Part shown: positions 41,407 through 51,547 of the stretch, piece after piece
Layout: every line of letters begins with the position of its first letter
Position numbering within the stretch: position 1 is the first letter of the stretch
Source: Candidatus Bathyarchaeota archaeon
Lineage (GTDB): Archaea; Thermoproteota; Bathyarchaeia; TCS64
NCBI GenBank assembly: GCA_963769425.1
Contig: CAVYLP010000006.1
Span: forward strand, 800,001-864,000
DNA length: 64,000 bases
Reading direction: 5' to 3'
The notes under the pieces: model-generated
The model's database searches: none
The model's input: the letters and a program-made list of their open reading frames with translations, nothing else
Told to the model about the DNA's origin: nothing
Made by a program: the position numbers and the translations under genes

Positions 41407-42558
41407 TTAGATCCCCCTCGCGAGGTTGACGGCCTTCTGCGCCGCCTCCTCCATCGTGTCGTCCGTCTCTATACCTGCCCCGTGGAGGAGCCTCTTTCCC
41501 TCCTCCTCGTTCGTGCCCATCATGCGGACGACTATCGGTTTCTTGTCGCCGAGCTTCTTCCGCCCCTCGATTATGCCCTTGGCGGTATCGTCACACCTTG
41601 TGATGCCGCCGAGGACGTTGACGAAGAGAGCCTTGACGCGATTATCCTTGAGGATGAACTCGACTGCCTTCCCGATGCGTTCGGGGGTCGCGCCTCCGCC
41701 GAGGTCGAGGAAGTTCCCGGCGTGGCCACCGTAGAGCATGACTGTGTCGAGGGTGGCCATAGTGAGGCCGGCGCCGTTGCCGATGATCCCTATGTCGCCG
41801 TTTAGCTCAACATAGGTTAGGTCCATCGCTCGGGCCTCCATCTCACGGGGCGTCAGCTCCCCCTCGAAGCTCTCCAGGTACTTCGCCTCGAGCTCCTTGT
41901 GCCTGTAGAGGGCGTTGTTGTCCACGTTGAGGCGGGCGTCCGCCGCGATGAACCCCTCCGCCGTCTCGACCAGCGGGTTGATCTCCGTCAGCTCAGCGTC
42001 CATCTCGTAGGCGACCCTGTAGAGTCTCTGGATGACGTCGGATAGCTGCTGTAGCTTCTTCCCCGTGTAGTTGAGGCGCTTGGCGACGGCGTTGGCATGG
42101 TAGCTCCTCATCCCCCTCAGCGGGTCTACGGGGAACCTCACGATCTTCTCCGGGCTCTTCGCGGCGATGTCCTCTATGTTCATGCCCCCCTCGTTTGAGG
42201 CGAGGACCGTGTAGCACTTCGCCGTCCTGTCAACTATGACCCCGAGGTAGACCTCGTGCTCTATGGTGAGCCGCTCCTCGACGAGGACCTTGCGGACTGG
42301 GAGGTCCTTGATCCTCATGGCGAGTATCTGCCTGGCCGCCTCCTCCGCCTCGGCGGGCGTGTCAGCTGGCTTTATACCCCCCGCCTTACCCCTGCCGCCG
42401 ACGCCCACCTGGGCCTTCACGACGACGGGTCTGCCGATCATCATCGAGGCGTCCCTCGCCTCCTCCGGCCTCGCAGCGACGGCGCTCAACCCGAGCGGTA
42501 TTCCATATCGCCTGAAGACCTCCTTGGCCTCGTACTCCAGGAGCTTCAACGGAATCAC
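41407..42558 (-). CDS. sucC: Succinyl-CoA ligase beta subunit
   Basis: [48 protein letters not shown]. Confidence 0.96.
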   Translation of the reverse strand: MIPLKLLEYEAKEVFRRYGIPLGLSAVAARPEEARDASMMIGRPVVVKAQVGVGGRGKAGGIKPADTPAEAEEAARQILAMRIKDLPVRKVLVEERLTIEHEVYLGVIVDRTAKCYTVLASNEGGMNIEDIAAKSPEKIVRFPVDPLRGMRSYHANAVAKRLNYTGKKLQQLSDVIQRLYRVAYEMDAELTEINPLVETAEGFIAADARLNVDNNALYRHKELEAKYLESFEGELTPREMEARAMDLTYVELNGDIGIIGNGAGLTMATLDTVMLYGGHAGNFLDLGGGATPERIGKAVEFILKDNRVKALFVNVLGGITRCDDTAKGIIEGRKKLGDKKPIVVRMMGTNEEEGKRLLHGAGIETDDTMEEAAQKAVNLARGI

Positions 42559-42732
42559 CTTGACGTTGGATGTGATCAGGCTGGGAGTAGATAATTATTC
42601 TGGGTGGCCGAGAGCGGCGAACTTGGCGTAAAGACTGATATTTTTAGCGTTTTTCGACACTTTCATTGAATTCTTTACACGAGTGCATAAGTAAAATTAA
42701 TAACTGATGAGAGCGGTTACGGGCGTCTAGGT

Positions 42733-42852
42733 GTGTCGGAGTTGGCTACGGTCCCAACCCATTACAGTCAGAGAGACTTCGCTGTCGCCTTCGCGTTGGC
42801 GCTTCTCGCTCTGCAGTGTCAGAAGGGCCCTAGGTTCTCCGTCTGGAAGTGA
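42733..42852 (+). CDS. Candidate 39-aa small hydrophobic protein / leader ORF upstream of hppA
   Basis: Hand translation from GTG 42733: MSELATVPTHYSQRDFAVAFALALLALQCQKGPRFSVWK; TGA overlaps the hppA ATG (TGATG); below the ORF-track size cutoff. Confidence 0.45.
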   Translation: MSELATVPTHYSQRDFAVAFALALLALQCQKGPRFSVWK

Positions 42853-45266
42853 TGAATGAAAGAATGGAATCGATCCTTGTTACTCCCGGTATCACCCTCT
42901 TCGAGCAAGTGGGTCTGATCGCTGTCGTTCTCACCGGAGTCGCGGCGCTGTTCTACGCCTGGTTCTTGGCTCGCAGGGTCCTCAAGGAGGATCCCGGGAC
43001 TCCCAAGATGCAGGAGGTCTCCGGCGCCATCAGGGAGGGGGCGATAGCCTATCTCAACAAGCAGATGTCCGTCGTCATACCGATCGCCATCATCTTGGCG
43101 TTCGCCATGTTCCTGACGGCATTCTTCGCGAGCTCGCCGCTGGAGATCTCCGTCGGGCGAGGCATCGCGTTGCTCTTCGGTGCTGCCTGCTCCCTAGCCA
43201 TAGGGCAGATCGGCTTGAGGTACATCGGCACACGTGCCAACGTACGTGTCGCCCAGAAGGCCCGTGCGGGCTCCTTTAAGGAGGCTCTCAAGGTGGCTTA
43301 CCACGCTGGGACCATCGCTGGCATGCTGGCTGATGGGCTCGGGCTGCTCGGCGGCACGACCATCCTTCTCCTCTACGGGACACACGCCCCCGAGGTACTC
43401 CTCGGCTTCGGCTTCGGTGGAACCATCCTCGCCATGTTCATGCGTGTCGGTGGTGGCATCTACACAAAGGCCGCTGACGTCGGCGCCGACCTAGTAGGAA
43501 AGGTCGAGCAGGGCATCCCAGAGGACGACCCGCGTAATGCGGCGACGATTGCCGACCTCGTGGGCGACAACGTCGGGGACTTCAGCGGGATGGCGGAGGA
43601 CGTCTTCGAGTCATACGAGGTCACAATCGTATCCGCCATGATCCTCGGCCTCGCCGTCATGCAGGTCGACCCGTCACACAGCCTGAAGTGGATAGTCTTC
43701 CCGATGCTTGTCAGAGCAATAGGCGTCTTCAGCTCAATAATCGGAACCTACACGGTCGCGCTCTGGCCGGTGAAGGAGGACGCCTTCCGCGCCATGGACA
43801 TCAGCTACGACCTATCATCCGTGATCTCAATAACGGCCTTCTTCCTGCTCTCCTGGTTCTACGCTCAGGACCTCAGGCTCTTCGCCGCGACGGCGACGGG
43901 TATACTGCTCGCCATCGCCTTCAACAAGTACACGGGCGCCTTCACCGAGCGAGGCTCGGGCGCAGTTAACGACATAGTAAATTCAGCGAAGTCCGGGCCC
44001 GCCCTCGTCATCCTGAGCGGACTCGCGTTGGGCTACGAGAGCACGGTCTGGGCACTACTCATCATCGTGGTGTCGATAATCCTCTCTATCTCCATCTACT
44101 CCTTCACCTTCCCTGCCGCAATGATAACTACGACGATGATAATCGTCGTCGTCGCCGCGCTCGCCATCGGCTACTTACTCGCCAAGCGCTCAAAGAAGGT
44201 CGAGCTGGGCGTCTTCGGTGCCGTTGCGGTAATCGTATTCGGCATCATCTTCACCAGCTTCAAGGTACCTGACACCAGCGCGGTGCTCTTCATCACCTAC
44301 TCCATCGCCCTGAGCGGTATCGGCATGCTAAGCCACACAGGCAACAACCTTGCCATGGACGCCTTCGGCCCAATCTCCGACAACGCGGGCGGAATCGCCG
44401 AAATGTGCAAGGAGGACTTTGACAGCGAGGAGGGGAAGAGAACCCTAGACGAGTTGGACGCGACGGGGAACACGACTAAGGCGATCACCAAGGGCATCGC
44501 CATCGCCTCCGCAGTCATCGCGGCCGTCAGCCTATTCAGCTCATATATCGAGACGCTCCAGGGATCTGGAGCCACGCGGATAGTCCTCGACCTGGCAGAC
44601 CCGCGTGTATTCATAGGCATCCTGATCGGAGGGGCGCTTCCCTTCCTGTTCAGCTCCGTGTTGTTGCGCGCGGTCCAGAGGGCCGCCTCCCTCATCGTCG
44701 ATGAGGTGCGCAAGCAGTTCCACATCCCCGGCGTCATGGAGGGCAAGGTCAAGCCCAACTACGGCGCCGTCGTGACGATCTGCACTCAGGCAGCGCAGAG
44801 CGAACTCATCAGCGTCGCACTGCTCGCTGTCTTGATGCCAATCGTCGTGGGTCTGCTGATCGGCGACCTCGCACTAGGCGGTTTCCTCGCCGGGATAATC
44901 GTCAGCGGTCAGCTGCTGGCGGTCTTCATGGCGAATGCTGGAGGAGCCTGGGACAACGCTAAGAAGCAGATCGAGGGGGAGCCCAGCGATATAGCGAAAA
45001 ACACTGGTAAGCGCTCCGAGAGGCATAAAGCGACCGTTATCGGCGACACGGTCGGCGACCCGTTGAAGGACACTGCGGGACCCGCCCTCAACCCGATGAT
45101 CAAGGTCGTGAACCTCGTCTCGCTCCTCATTGCCCCGCTGCTGCTCGTCGTCTCACATGGGAACGCGACCATGCAGTTGCTAGGCTACGGTATAGGCGGT
45201 GTCTTCCTCCTAGTGATAGCCTTCGCGGTTTTCAGGAGCAAGAGAGCGAACCCATATCAGCAGTAG
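42852..45266 (+). CDS. hppA: Membrane-bound ion-translocating pyrophosphatase, K+-independent type
   Basis: GGGIYTKAADVGADLVGKVE, EDDPRN, GDNVGD, GNTTKA (Lys variant), GGAWDNAKK, GDTVGDPLKDTAGP. Confidence 0.95.
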   Translation: MNERMESILVTPGITLFEQVGLIAVVLTGVAALFYAWFLARRVLKEDPGTPKMQEVSGAIREGAIAYLNKQMSVVIPIAIILAFAMFLTAFFASSPLEISVGRGIALLFGAACSLAIGQIGLRYIGTRANVRVAQKARAGSFKEALKVAYHAGTIAGMLADGLGLLGGTTILLLYGTHAPEVLLGFGFGGTILAMFMRVGGGIYTKAADVGADLVGKVEQGIPEDDPRNAATIADLVGDNVGDFSGMAEDVFESYEVTIVSAMILGLAVMQVDPSHSLKWIVFPMLVRAIGVFSSIIGTYTVALWPVKEDAFRAMDISYDLSSVISITAFFLLSWFYAQDLRLFAATATGILLAIAFNKYTGAFTERGSGAVNDIVNSAKSGPALVILSGLALGYESTVWALLIIVVSIILSISIYSFTFPAAMITTTMIIVVVAALAIGYLLAKRSKKVELGVFGAVAVIVFGIIFTSFKVPDTSAVLFITYSIALSGIGMLSHTGNNLAMDAFGPISDNAGGIAEMCKEDFDSEEGKRTLDELDATGNTTKAITKGIAIASAVIAAVSLFSSYIETLQGSGATRIVLDLADPRVFIGILIGGALPFLFSSVLLRAVQRAASLIVDEVRKQFHIPGVMEGKVKPNYGAVVTICTQAAQSELISVALLAVLMPIVVGLLIGDLALGGFLAGIIVSGQLLAVFMANAGGAWDNAKKQIEGEPSDIAKNTGKRSERHKATVIGDTVGDPLKDTAGPALNPMIKVVNLVSLLIAPLLLVVSHGNATMQLLGYGIGGVFLLVIAFAVFRSKRANPYQQ

Positions 45267-45415
45267 GAGATGCTAAAGGCGGGAAACCGCCTCTGGCCAT
45301 TTTAATTCAATTTGATGGACAAGGATAGGTGATTCCATCTTAACTAAAATTTTCGTTTAAGCCGACAACCTGAGACGAATCAACGTTAAATCCGGATCCG
45401 ACCCACCTATCAACT

Positions 45416-46714
45416 ATGTCCAAGGAATCGATCAAGAAGAGGGTCCTCGACGCGATAGACGCGCGCGCCGATGAGATAATCGAGGTCGGCGAGACTATCT
45501 GGGGGAAGCCGGAGCTCGGCTTCAAAGAATGGAAGACGGCCGAGCTCGCGGAGAGGAAGTACGGCGAGTTGGGGTGGATCTATGAGTCGAAGATTGGGAT
45601 CACAGGCTCGAAGGCATACCTGAAAAAGGGTGGGAGGGGCCCCGTCATAGGTGTGATCGGCGAGCTGGACGCAATACGCGTCCCCGACCACCCGGAGTGC
45701 GACCCCATCACGGGCGCGGCCCACAGCTGCGGCCACAACGCGCAGATGGCCGCGATGCTCGGCGCAGGCTTCGGCCTCAACGATGTGATGGGTGAGCTCG
45801 ACGGGAACGTCGCACTCCTAGCCGTCCCCGCGGAGGAGTACTTAGAGATCGACTACCGGAACAGCCTCAGGGAGAAGGGGAAGCTAGAGTTCTTCGGTGG
45901 GAAGCAGGAGTTCATACGCGTCGGGGCCATGAATGACATCGCCATAAGCCTCGGCAGCCACACCGACAGCGAGATCATCGAGAAGCTGAGCGTCGGGGGC
46001 AGCAACAACGGCTTCGTGGGGAAGATGGTCCACTACATAGGGCTTGAGGCACACGCCGGTGGGAGCCCCCACAAGGGGATAAACGCCCTCAATGCGGCGA
46101 TGCTCGGCCTCATGGGTATACACGCCCAGCGCGAGACCTTCAGGGACGAGGACAACATCAGGGTCCACCCAATAATCACGAAGGGGGGCGAGATCGTGAA
46201 CAACGTCCCCGCAGACGTGCGGATGGAGAGCTACGTCAGGGGAAAGACCGTCGAAGCCATCAAGGACGCCAACGTGAAGGTGAACAGGGCCCTGAAGGCG
46301 GGGGCGATGGCGGTTGGCGCAGAGTGCGAGATCGACGACCACCCCGGCTACATGCCCTACATAAAGGACGCCACCCTCGACGCGGTCCTCAAGGCGAACG
46401 CTGCTTCACTCGTCGGGGACGAGCAGATCAAGGTGAAGGGCCACTCAACCGGCTCCACTGACCTCGGCGACGTGAGCTGCATAATGCCGACGACGAGCAT
46501 AGGCATGGGCGGATGCACAGGCAGGGGGCATGGACGCGACTACAAGATAGTCGACAAGCAGGTCGCCTATGTCCTCCCCGCAAAGGTGATGGCTCTCACG
46601 TGCGTGGACCTCCTATACGATAAGGCGAAGCTCGCGAAGGAGATCACTAAGGGCTTCAAGCCGACCATCCCGCCGGAGGACTACACGGGCTTCATGCAGA
46701 GGCTCGTCGCCTAA
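45416..46714 (+). CDS. M20 family amidohydrolase
   Basis: PELGFKE, GELDA, HSCGHNAQ, PAEE, AHAG, GSTDLGD. Confidence 0.92.
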   Translation: MSKESIKKRVLDAIDARADEIIEVGETIWGKPELGFKEWKTAELAERKYGELGWIYESKIGITGSKAYLKKGGRGPVIGVIGELDAIRVPDHPECDPITGAAHSCGHNAQMAAMLGAGFGLNDVMGELDGNVALLAVPAEEYLEIDYRNSLREKGKLEFFGGKQEFIRVGAMNDIAISLGSHTDSEIIEKLSVGGSNNGFVGKMVHYIGLEAHAGGSPHKGINALNAAMLGLMGIHAQRETFRDEDNIRVHPIITKGGEIVNNVPADVRMESYVRGKTVEAIKDANVKVNRALKAGAMAVGAECEIDDHPGYMPYIKDATLDAVLKANAASLVGDEQIKVKGHSTGSTDLGDVSCIMPTTSIGMGGCTGRGHGRDYKIVDKQVAYVLPAKVMALTCVDLLYDKAKLAKEITKGFKPTIPPEDYTGFMQRLVA

Positions 46715-46762
46715 ACCATTTATCCTCCCCTTTCCCCCCTCCACCAGGGAGCTTGCTTCGAC

Positions 46763-47590
46763 TTGATGGAGTTCAGGGAGATAGCTAAGGGGGTCAGCAT
46801 TCCCATCCTCGGCCTAGGAACCTGGGGCATGGGTGGTAGAGAGACCCCGGACAAGGCGAGGGACAGCGACACTGTGACCGCCATCCGGATGGCGGTGGAG
46901 CTGGGGCTGACCCACATCGACACCGCTGAGTACTACGGCGCGGGCCACGCCGAGGAGCTCGTCGGCGAGGCCATCGACGGGATGGACCGTGAGAAGCTCT
47001 TCATAACCTCCAAGGTTTGGCACAACCACCTCCACAGGGACGACCTTCTCCGATCGATGAGGGCGAGCCTCGAGCGCCTCGGCACCGACTACGTCGACCT
47101 CTACCTCGTCCACTGGCCGAACCCCGATGTCCCCCTCAAGGTGACTATGGGGGCGATGGAGGAGTGCCTCCGTGAGGGGCATACCCGCTTCATAGGTGTC
47201 AGTAACTTCAGTGCCCAGCTCATGGAGGAGGCCCAGAGACACCTCGGCGAGGCGAAGCTCGTCGCCAACCAGGTCCAGTACAGCCTCCTCGACCAGAAGC
47301 CCCGAATGGAGCTTCTACCCACGTGCCGCAAGATGGGGGTTAGCCTCATCGCCTACAGGCCGCTTGAGAGGGGGGCCATACTCCAGACCCCAAACCCGGT
47401 CATGGACGAGATAGCTGAGGCACACGGCAAGACCCGGGTGCAGGTCGCCCTCAACTGGCTGATAGCACAGGAGAACGTCTTCACCATCCCCAAGTCGACA
47501 AACCCCATACACATAATGGAGTTCATGGGCGCACTTGGCTGGCGTCTCACCACCGAGGAGTGGAGCCGCCTCGCCGATGCATACAGGTGA
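46763..47590 (+). CDS. Aldo/keto reductase
   Basis: GLGTW, IDTAEYY, TSKV, DLYLVHWP, IGVSNF, IPKS. Confidence 0.95.
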   Translation: MMEFREIAKGVSIPILGLGTWGMGGRETPDKARDSDTVTAIRMAVELGLTHIDTAEYYGAGHAEELVGEAIDGMDREKLFITSKVWHNHLHRDDLLRSMRASLERLGTDYVDLYLVHWPNPDVPLKVTMGAMEECLREGHTRFIGVSNFSAQLMEEAQRHLGEAKLVANQVQYSLLDQKPRMELLPTCRKMGVSLIAYRPLERGAILQTPNPVMDEIAEAHGKTRVQVALNWLIAQENVFTIPKSTNPIHIMEFMGALGWRLTTEEWSRLADAYR

Positions 47591-48518
47591 GGCGTCGACG
47601 GGAATCCCTGCCGACGCGGCGGGCGTCACCGGGTGGCTCATAGAGAGGGGGGCGGGCCTCGGATTTCACGCCGAGGGAAACCTCGTGAGCAGGGAGGACG
47701 GGGCAGTCGCCGACGTAGCCTACTCCCTCAACCATGGTCAGAAGCCGGTTCTCACCTTCACCGTCGAGGACTCTGACCCTGTGAGGCTCATCATGGGCGC
47801 CTTCCAGTGGACGGGCTCCTCCACCGAGCCCAAGTCGTGGATGCACATCTGCGTCTTCCTCGGCGACGCCTTGGTTATCCCCTCGATCCCGAGTACGGCT
47901 AAACAATACGATACCAAGAGCCTAGTTCGCCTACCTCACGACATAGATGAGGTCGCAGCGCATATGGTCAGGCTTCTGTCCCACTACTCCGCCCCCGAGA
48001 CCACAGATACGGGGGAGGGGGTCAGAAGATTGACCGCGGCCACCGCCGATTGGCCCAAAGGCAGAGGAAACACTCGCCTAAGTTACAAGGCCTCGACCAA
48101 CTTAACGGGCGACGGGTTTGGCCTATTCTCCGCGGAGGACGCTGAGGATGGTGAGGCTGGAACAATTCTACGGCCGAGCCGCAAGGTTGTCCCCCTTGAT
48201 TTCGTAGGTGGCGGCGTGTCCTTCGAGGGCGCGCTAATGAGGCTCGTAGAAGCTAAACCCGCTCAGCTTCTCCTCTCATCGGAGCACAGGAACTACCCGT
48301 TCATCCTCCATCTTACCTCGCCTGAGGGCGGCGGCGAATCAACGCTCGACCTCTGGTTCGACGTGGAGAAGTCGAACATCCCACAGGCTCTGGAGTTCTG
48401 GTCGCTCGTCGAGGCCGTTGAGTCCTCCAAGGCCCTGACCATCGCGGGGCCCTCGGGCGAGTTGGCGGCGCTGACCTCGATTAGAACGGCTCCTCATCCA
48501 GGACCCTCTTCGGCTTGA
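47577..48518 (+). CDS. Hypothetical protein
   Basis: Long open frame overlapping the AKR stop; no recognised motif; start uncertain. Confidence 0.65.
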   Translation: MHTGEASTGIPADAAGVTGWLIERGAGLGFHAEGNLVSREDGAVADVAYSLNHGQKPVLTFTVEDSDPVRLIMGAFQWTGSSTEPKSWMHICVFLGDALVIPSIPSTAKQYDTKSLVRLPHDIDEVAAHMVRLLSHYSAPETTDTGEGVRRLTAATADWPKGRGNTRLSYKASTNLTGDGFGLFSAEDAEDGEAGTILRPSRKVVPLDFVGGGVSFEGALMRLVEAKPAQLLLSSEHRNYPFILHLTSPEGGGESTLDLWFDVEKSNIPQALEFWSLVEAVESSKALTIAGPSGELAALTSIRTAPHPGPSSA

Positions 48519-49761
48519 AGTGCCACTCGAAGAGGCTCGCAGCGAGGAAGAGGGAGATGCTGCTGAGGAGGAAAGTCACTGAGTAACTGAAGAAGAAGCT
48601 GATGTTCCCGCTCAGGAAGCTCCCGAGGAACATTGCTATGCTGCCCATCGCGCTATAGACGCCGAGGGTCTGACCCTGCCCCTCCTTCGGCAGAAACCTG
48701 TAGAGGAGGGCGTTCATCCCGATCGTGATGTTCGTGTAGGCCATGCCAATGAGGAGGTAGAGGAGGAGGGTCACGTAGAGCACGTCGTGGCCGACGAAGT
48801 AGAGGCTGCAGATCGCGGCGAAGAGGAAGGCCATTCCGCGGAGGGAGAGGAACTCAATCATCAACCCCGGGTTGCCCTCCTTGCTGAAGCCGCTGAGCCT
48901 CTGTGAGCTGGCAAGGCCGTTTATGCAGGTCATGAAGATGCTTAGGCCCGTGATCTCGAGGTTGGTCAGTGCGTTTGACTTGAGGAAGGGCGTGTAGCTT
49001 GTGAAGAATAGGTTGGCGCCTAGGAAGAAGAGGGCGTTCGTCGCCATGATGATCGGGATGTCCCTCCTGACGGTGCTCCGAGCGTCCCGCACGATGCCCT
49101 TCAGGTCGTCCATCTTCGGCGTCTTCAGGAGAAGCACTGGGAGGTGGGCGAGCCGCGTCATCAATGCCTCGGGGTTGAGGGCGATCGCCTGCCTCTCCGT
49201 CACGGCCTTGACCTCCTTCACTGTTATCAACGAGAGCACGATGAGCGTCGAGCTGAAAAATATGGGGAGCAGGGCCATGGCAGTCAGCGGCAGGGCGGTT
49301 AGTACTACGAAGCCGAGCGCGTTTCCCGTCAGGCTCCCGTAGATCATGTACTTGAAGCTCAGGGCGCTACCCTCACTCAGGTTCTCCTTCGCGACGGTGT
49401 CCATCAGGAGGAGGCTGAAGACTGTGGGGCTGAAGCTGCTGAAGAAGCTGTAGATGGCGTAGAAGCCGATGATGAAGTTGACATCCCCAGTCATTGCTAT
49501 GAGGCTGAGGGTCATCAGCTGCCCCACGGCACTCAGGATGAGTATCGGCCTCCTCTTGCCGAGGTAGTCGGCTATCCTCCCGCCGATGAAGGCGGAGGGT
49601 ATGAGGGAGATGTTGTAGGCCGAGCTGGCGAGCCCGACTGCGATTACGCTCCCACCGAGGTCGAGTATGCGCAGCGTGACGTATGTGCCGATGCAGCTCT
49701 GTATCGCGTAGAAGGGGATGATGGCGTAGAGCCAGCGGGGCTTCACGAACTTCTCCGCCAA
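48481..49761 (-). CDS. MFS transporter
   Basis: About 12 hydrophobic segments, GGRIADYLGKRR motif A. Confidence 0.88.
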   Translation of the reverse strand: MAEKFVKPRWLYAIIPFYAIQSCIGTYVTLRILDLGGSVIAVGLASSAYNISLIPSAFIGGRIADYLGKRRPILILSAVGQLMTLSLIAMTGDVNFIIGFYAIYSFFSSFSPTVFSLLLMDTVAKENLSEGSALSFKYMIYGSLTGNALGFVVLTALPLTAMALLPIFFSSTLIVLSLITVKEVKAVTERQAIALNPEALMTRLAHLPVLLLKTPKMDDLKGIVRDARSTVRRDIPIIMATNALFFLGANLFFTSYTPFLKSNALTNLEITGLSIFMTCINGLASSQRLSGFSKEGNPGLMIEFLSLRGMAFLFAAICSLYFVGHDVLYVTLLLYLLIGMAYTNITIGMNALLYRFLPKEGQGQTLGVYSAMGSIAMFLGSFLSGNISFFFSYSVTFLLSSISLFLAASLFEWHFKPKRVLDEEPF

Positions 49762-49816
49762 GTTTTAATCTACCACGACTCAGATACCTGCGTTAATCTC
49801 CTAGGATTAATAAGGG

Positions 49817-51491
49817 TTGATGGCTTACGAGGCGCTCGAGCTTCTCATGGTGGCTCCTCCCGATCGTGACGGGCGTCGTCGCGGGGATAGCGGCCTCGGG
49901 GATAAACGGTCTCATCTTCTACGCCTGGGAGATGTTCTACAAGGACGCGCTGAAGACACCCACGCTCTTCTTCGTCTTCCCCTTCACAGGCCTCGTCCTC
50001 AGCTACTTCCTCGTCCACCTCCTCGCGTGGTACAGGACGCCTAAGAGCAGCTTCCACATGATACTGGAGGTCTTCCACCTGACGCCGAGCGGCATGATGC
50101 CGCGTGAGGCGATAGTGAAGACGGCGTCGGGTGTCGCCACCTCGATCTTCGGAGGCTCCGCTGGCCCCGAGGGCCCCTCCACGGTCATCTCGGGTGGCTT
50201 CTCGAGCTGGCTGAACAAGGTACTCCGCCTCCGGATGGACTCGGGGAAGGCGCTCATGATCGGAGTCGCCGCGGGCTTCTCCGCCGCCTTCAAGACGCCC
50301 CTCACGGGGCTCCTCTTCGCCCTCGAGCTCCCATATAGAAGGGACCTTGAGAAGGAGTCCTTCATCGAGGCAGCTATTGCCAGCTCGACGGCGTACTTGG
50401 TCTCGGTAGCAGTTGGGGCACCCAGTCTAGTCCCAAACATACAGCTCGACGTTCCGGTTTTGCCGATCGTCTGGCTTCCCATCGCGATGGGCTTCGGTCT
50501 CGCCACGGGTGGGATCGTCTTCGTCTTCACAAGCGTATACGCGGGCTGCGAGAGGCTCGCCAAGCAGATCATACTCAAGGGGGGGTACCCGCTGATGCTT
50601 CTGATCGGTGGCTTCGTCCTCGGCGCGATCGGGTACTTCGCGCCAGAGGCAGTTGGTCCCGGTTTCCAGATGGTCCCGCTCCTCACCGGTGGCTCGCTGA
50701 TGGCGCTTGGCGTGGTTCTCCTGCTGAGGACTGTAGCCACGGGTGTGACGATGAACTTCGGTGGGACCGGAGGGCTCTTTTTACCCACCCTGCTGCTCGG
50801 CGGAGCCTGGGGCGCGATCGTCGGCACGGCTCTGCTCCCCGCGATGACACCGGTCTTCATACTCATGGGCATGGCGGCCTTCTCCGCCGGTGTCCACAAG
50901 ATGATGCTCACCCCGATAATCTTCATCGCTGAGGTCTTCGGAGCCCACACCATCATACCCATCATACTCGCCACCGTCGTCTGCTTCTTCGTCTCAGGCG
51001 CCTACAGCTTCTACCCCATCCAGCCTGCCAACAAGGTCAGCCATGAGGAGCTCGCGCTAGAGAGGTTCTACTACAAGGTGATGAGGAGCAGGCCGAAGGA
51101 GCTGGAGAAGCTCACGGCGAGGGACATCAGCACAAAGAACCCCCTAAGGCTCGCCGCGAGCATAAGCGTCAGGGAAGCAATGGAGGCCTTCGGGAAGACG
51201 AGCTTCCGCCTCATGCCCGTCGTCGACAGGGAGGAGCACGTAATTGGCTACGTCACCCTTGAAGACCTCGCCTTCCTCTCAAAGACACTGCTCGACACGC
51301 CGCTGAGCACGGTTGAGTTACAGGCCCCCATGGTCTTCCGCGAGGAGGAGCACGTTATGAAGGTCATCGAGGAGATGATCGAGAGGGAGGAGGACCACTG
51401 CTTCGTCGTCGATGGGGCAGGTAAGCTCACGGGCATCATCTCGACGATAGATGTGACGCGCCTGCTGATGCGCTACTACACTCAGGTCTAG
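49817..51491 (+). CDS. ClC-family anion channel/transporter with C-terminal CBS pair (frameshift near 49862)
   Basis: GGSAGPEGP, AAFKTPLTG, FALE, GGTGGLFLP, two CBS repeats. Confidence 0.92.
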
Positions 51492-51547
51492 GCTAAACCC
51501 TCCAATATTATATAGCCGGCGCGGCGGATGGTGAAGAGTAACCCGCC

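Noticed and set aside
42700-42830. CTGATGAG and GAGAGAC..GTCGCC resembling hammerhead, C/D-box or glycine-riboswitch cores
   Set aside because: Required partner elements (GAAA core, CTGA D boxes, GAAGG and CTCTCAGG) are absent; the small-ORF reading fits better
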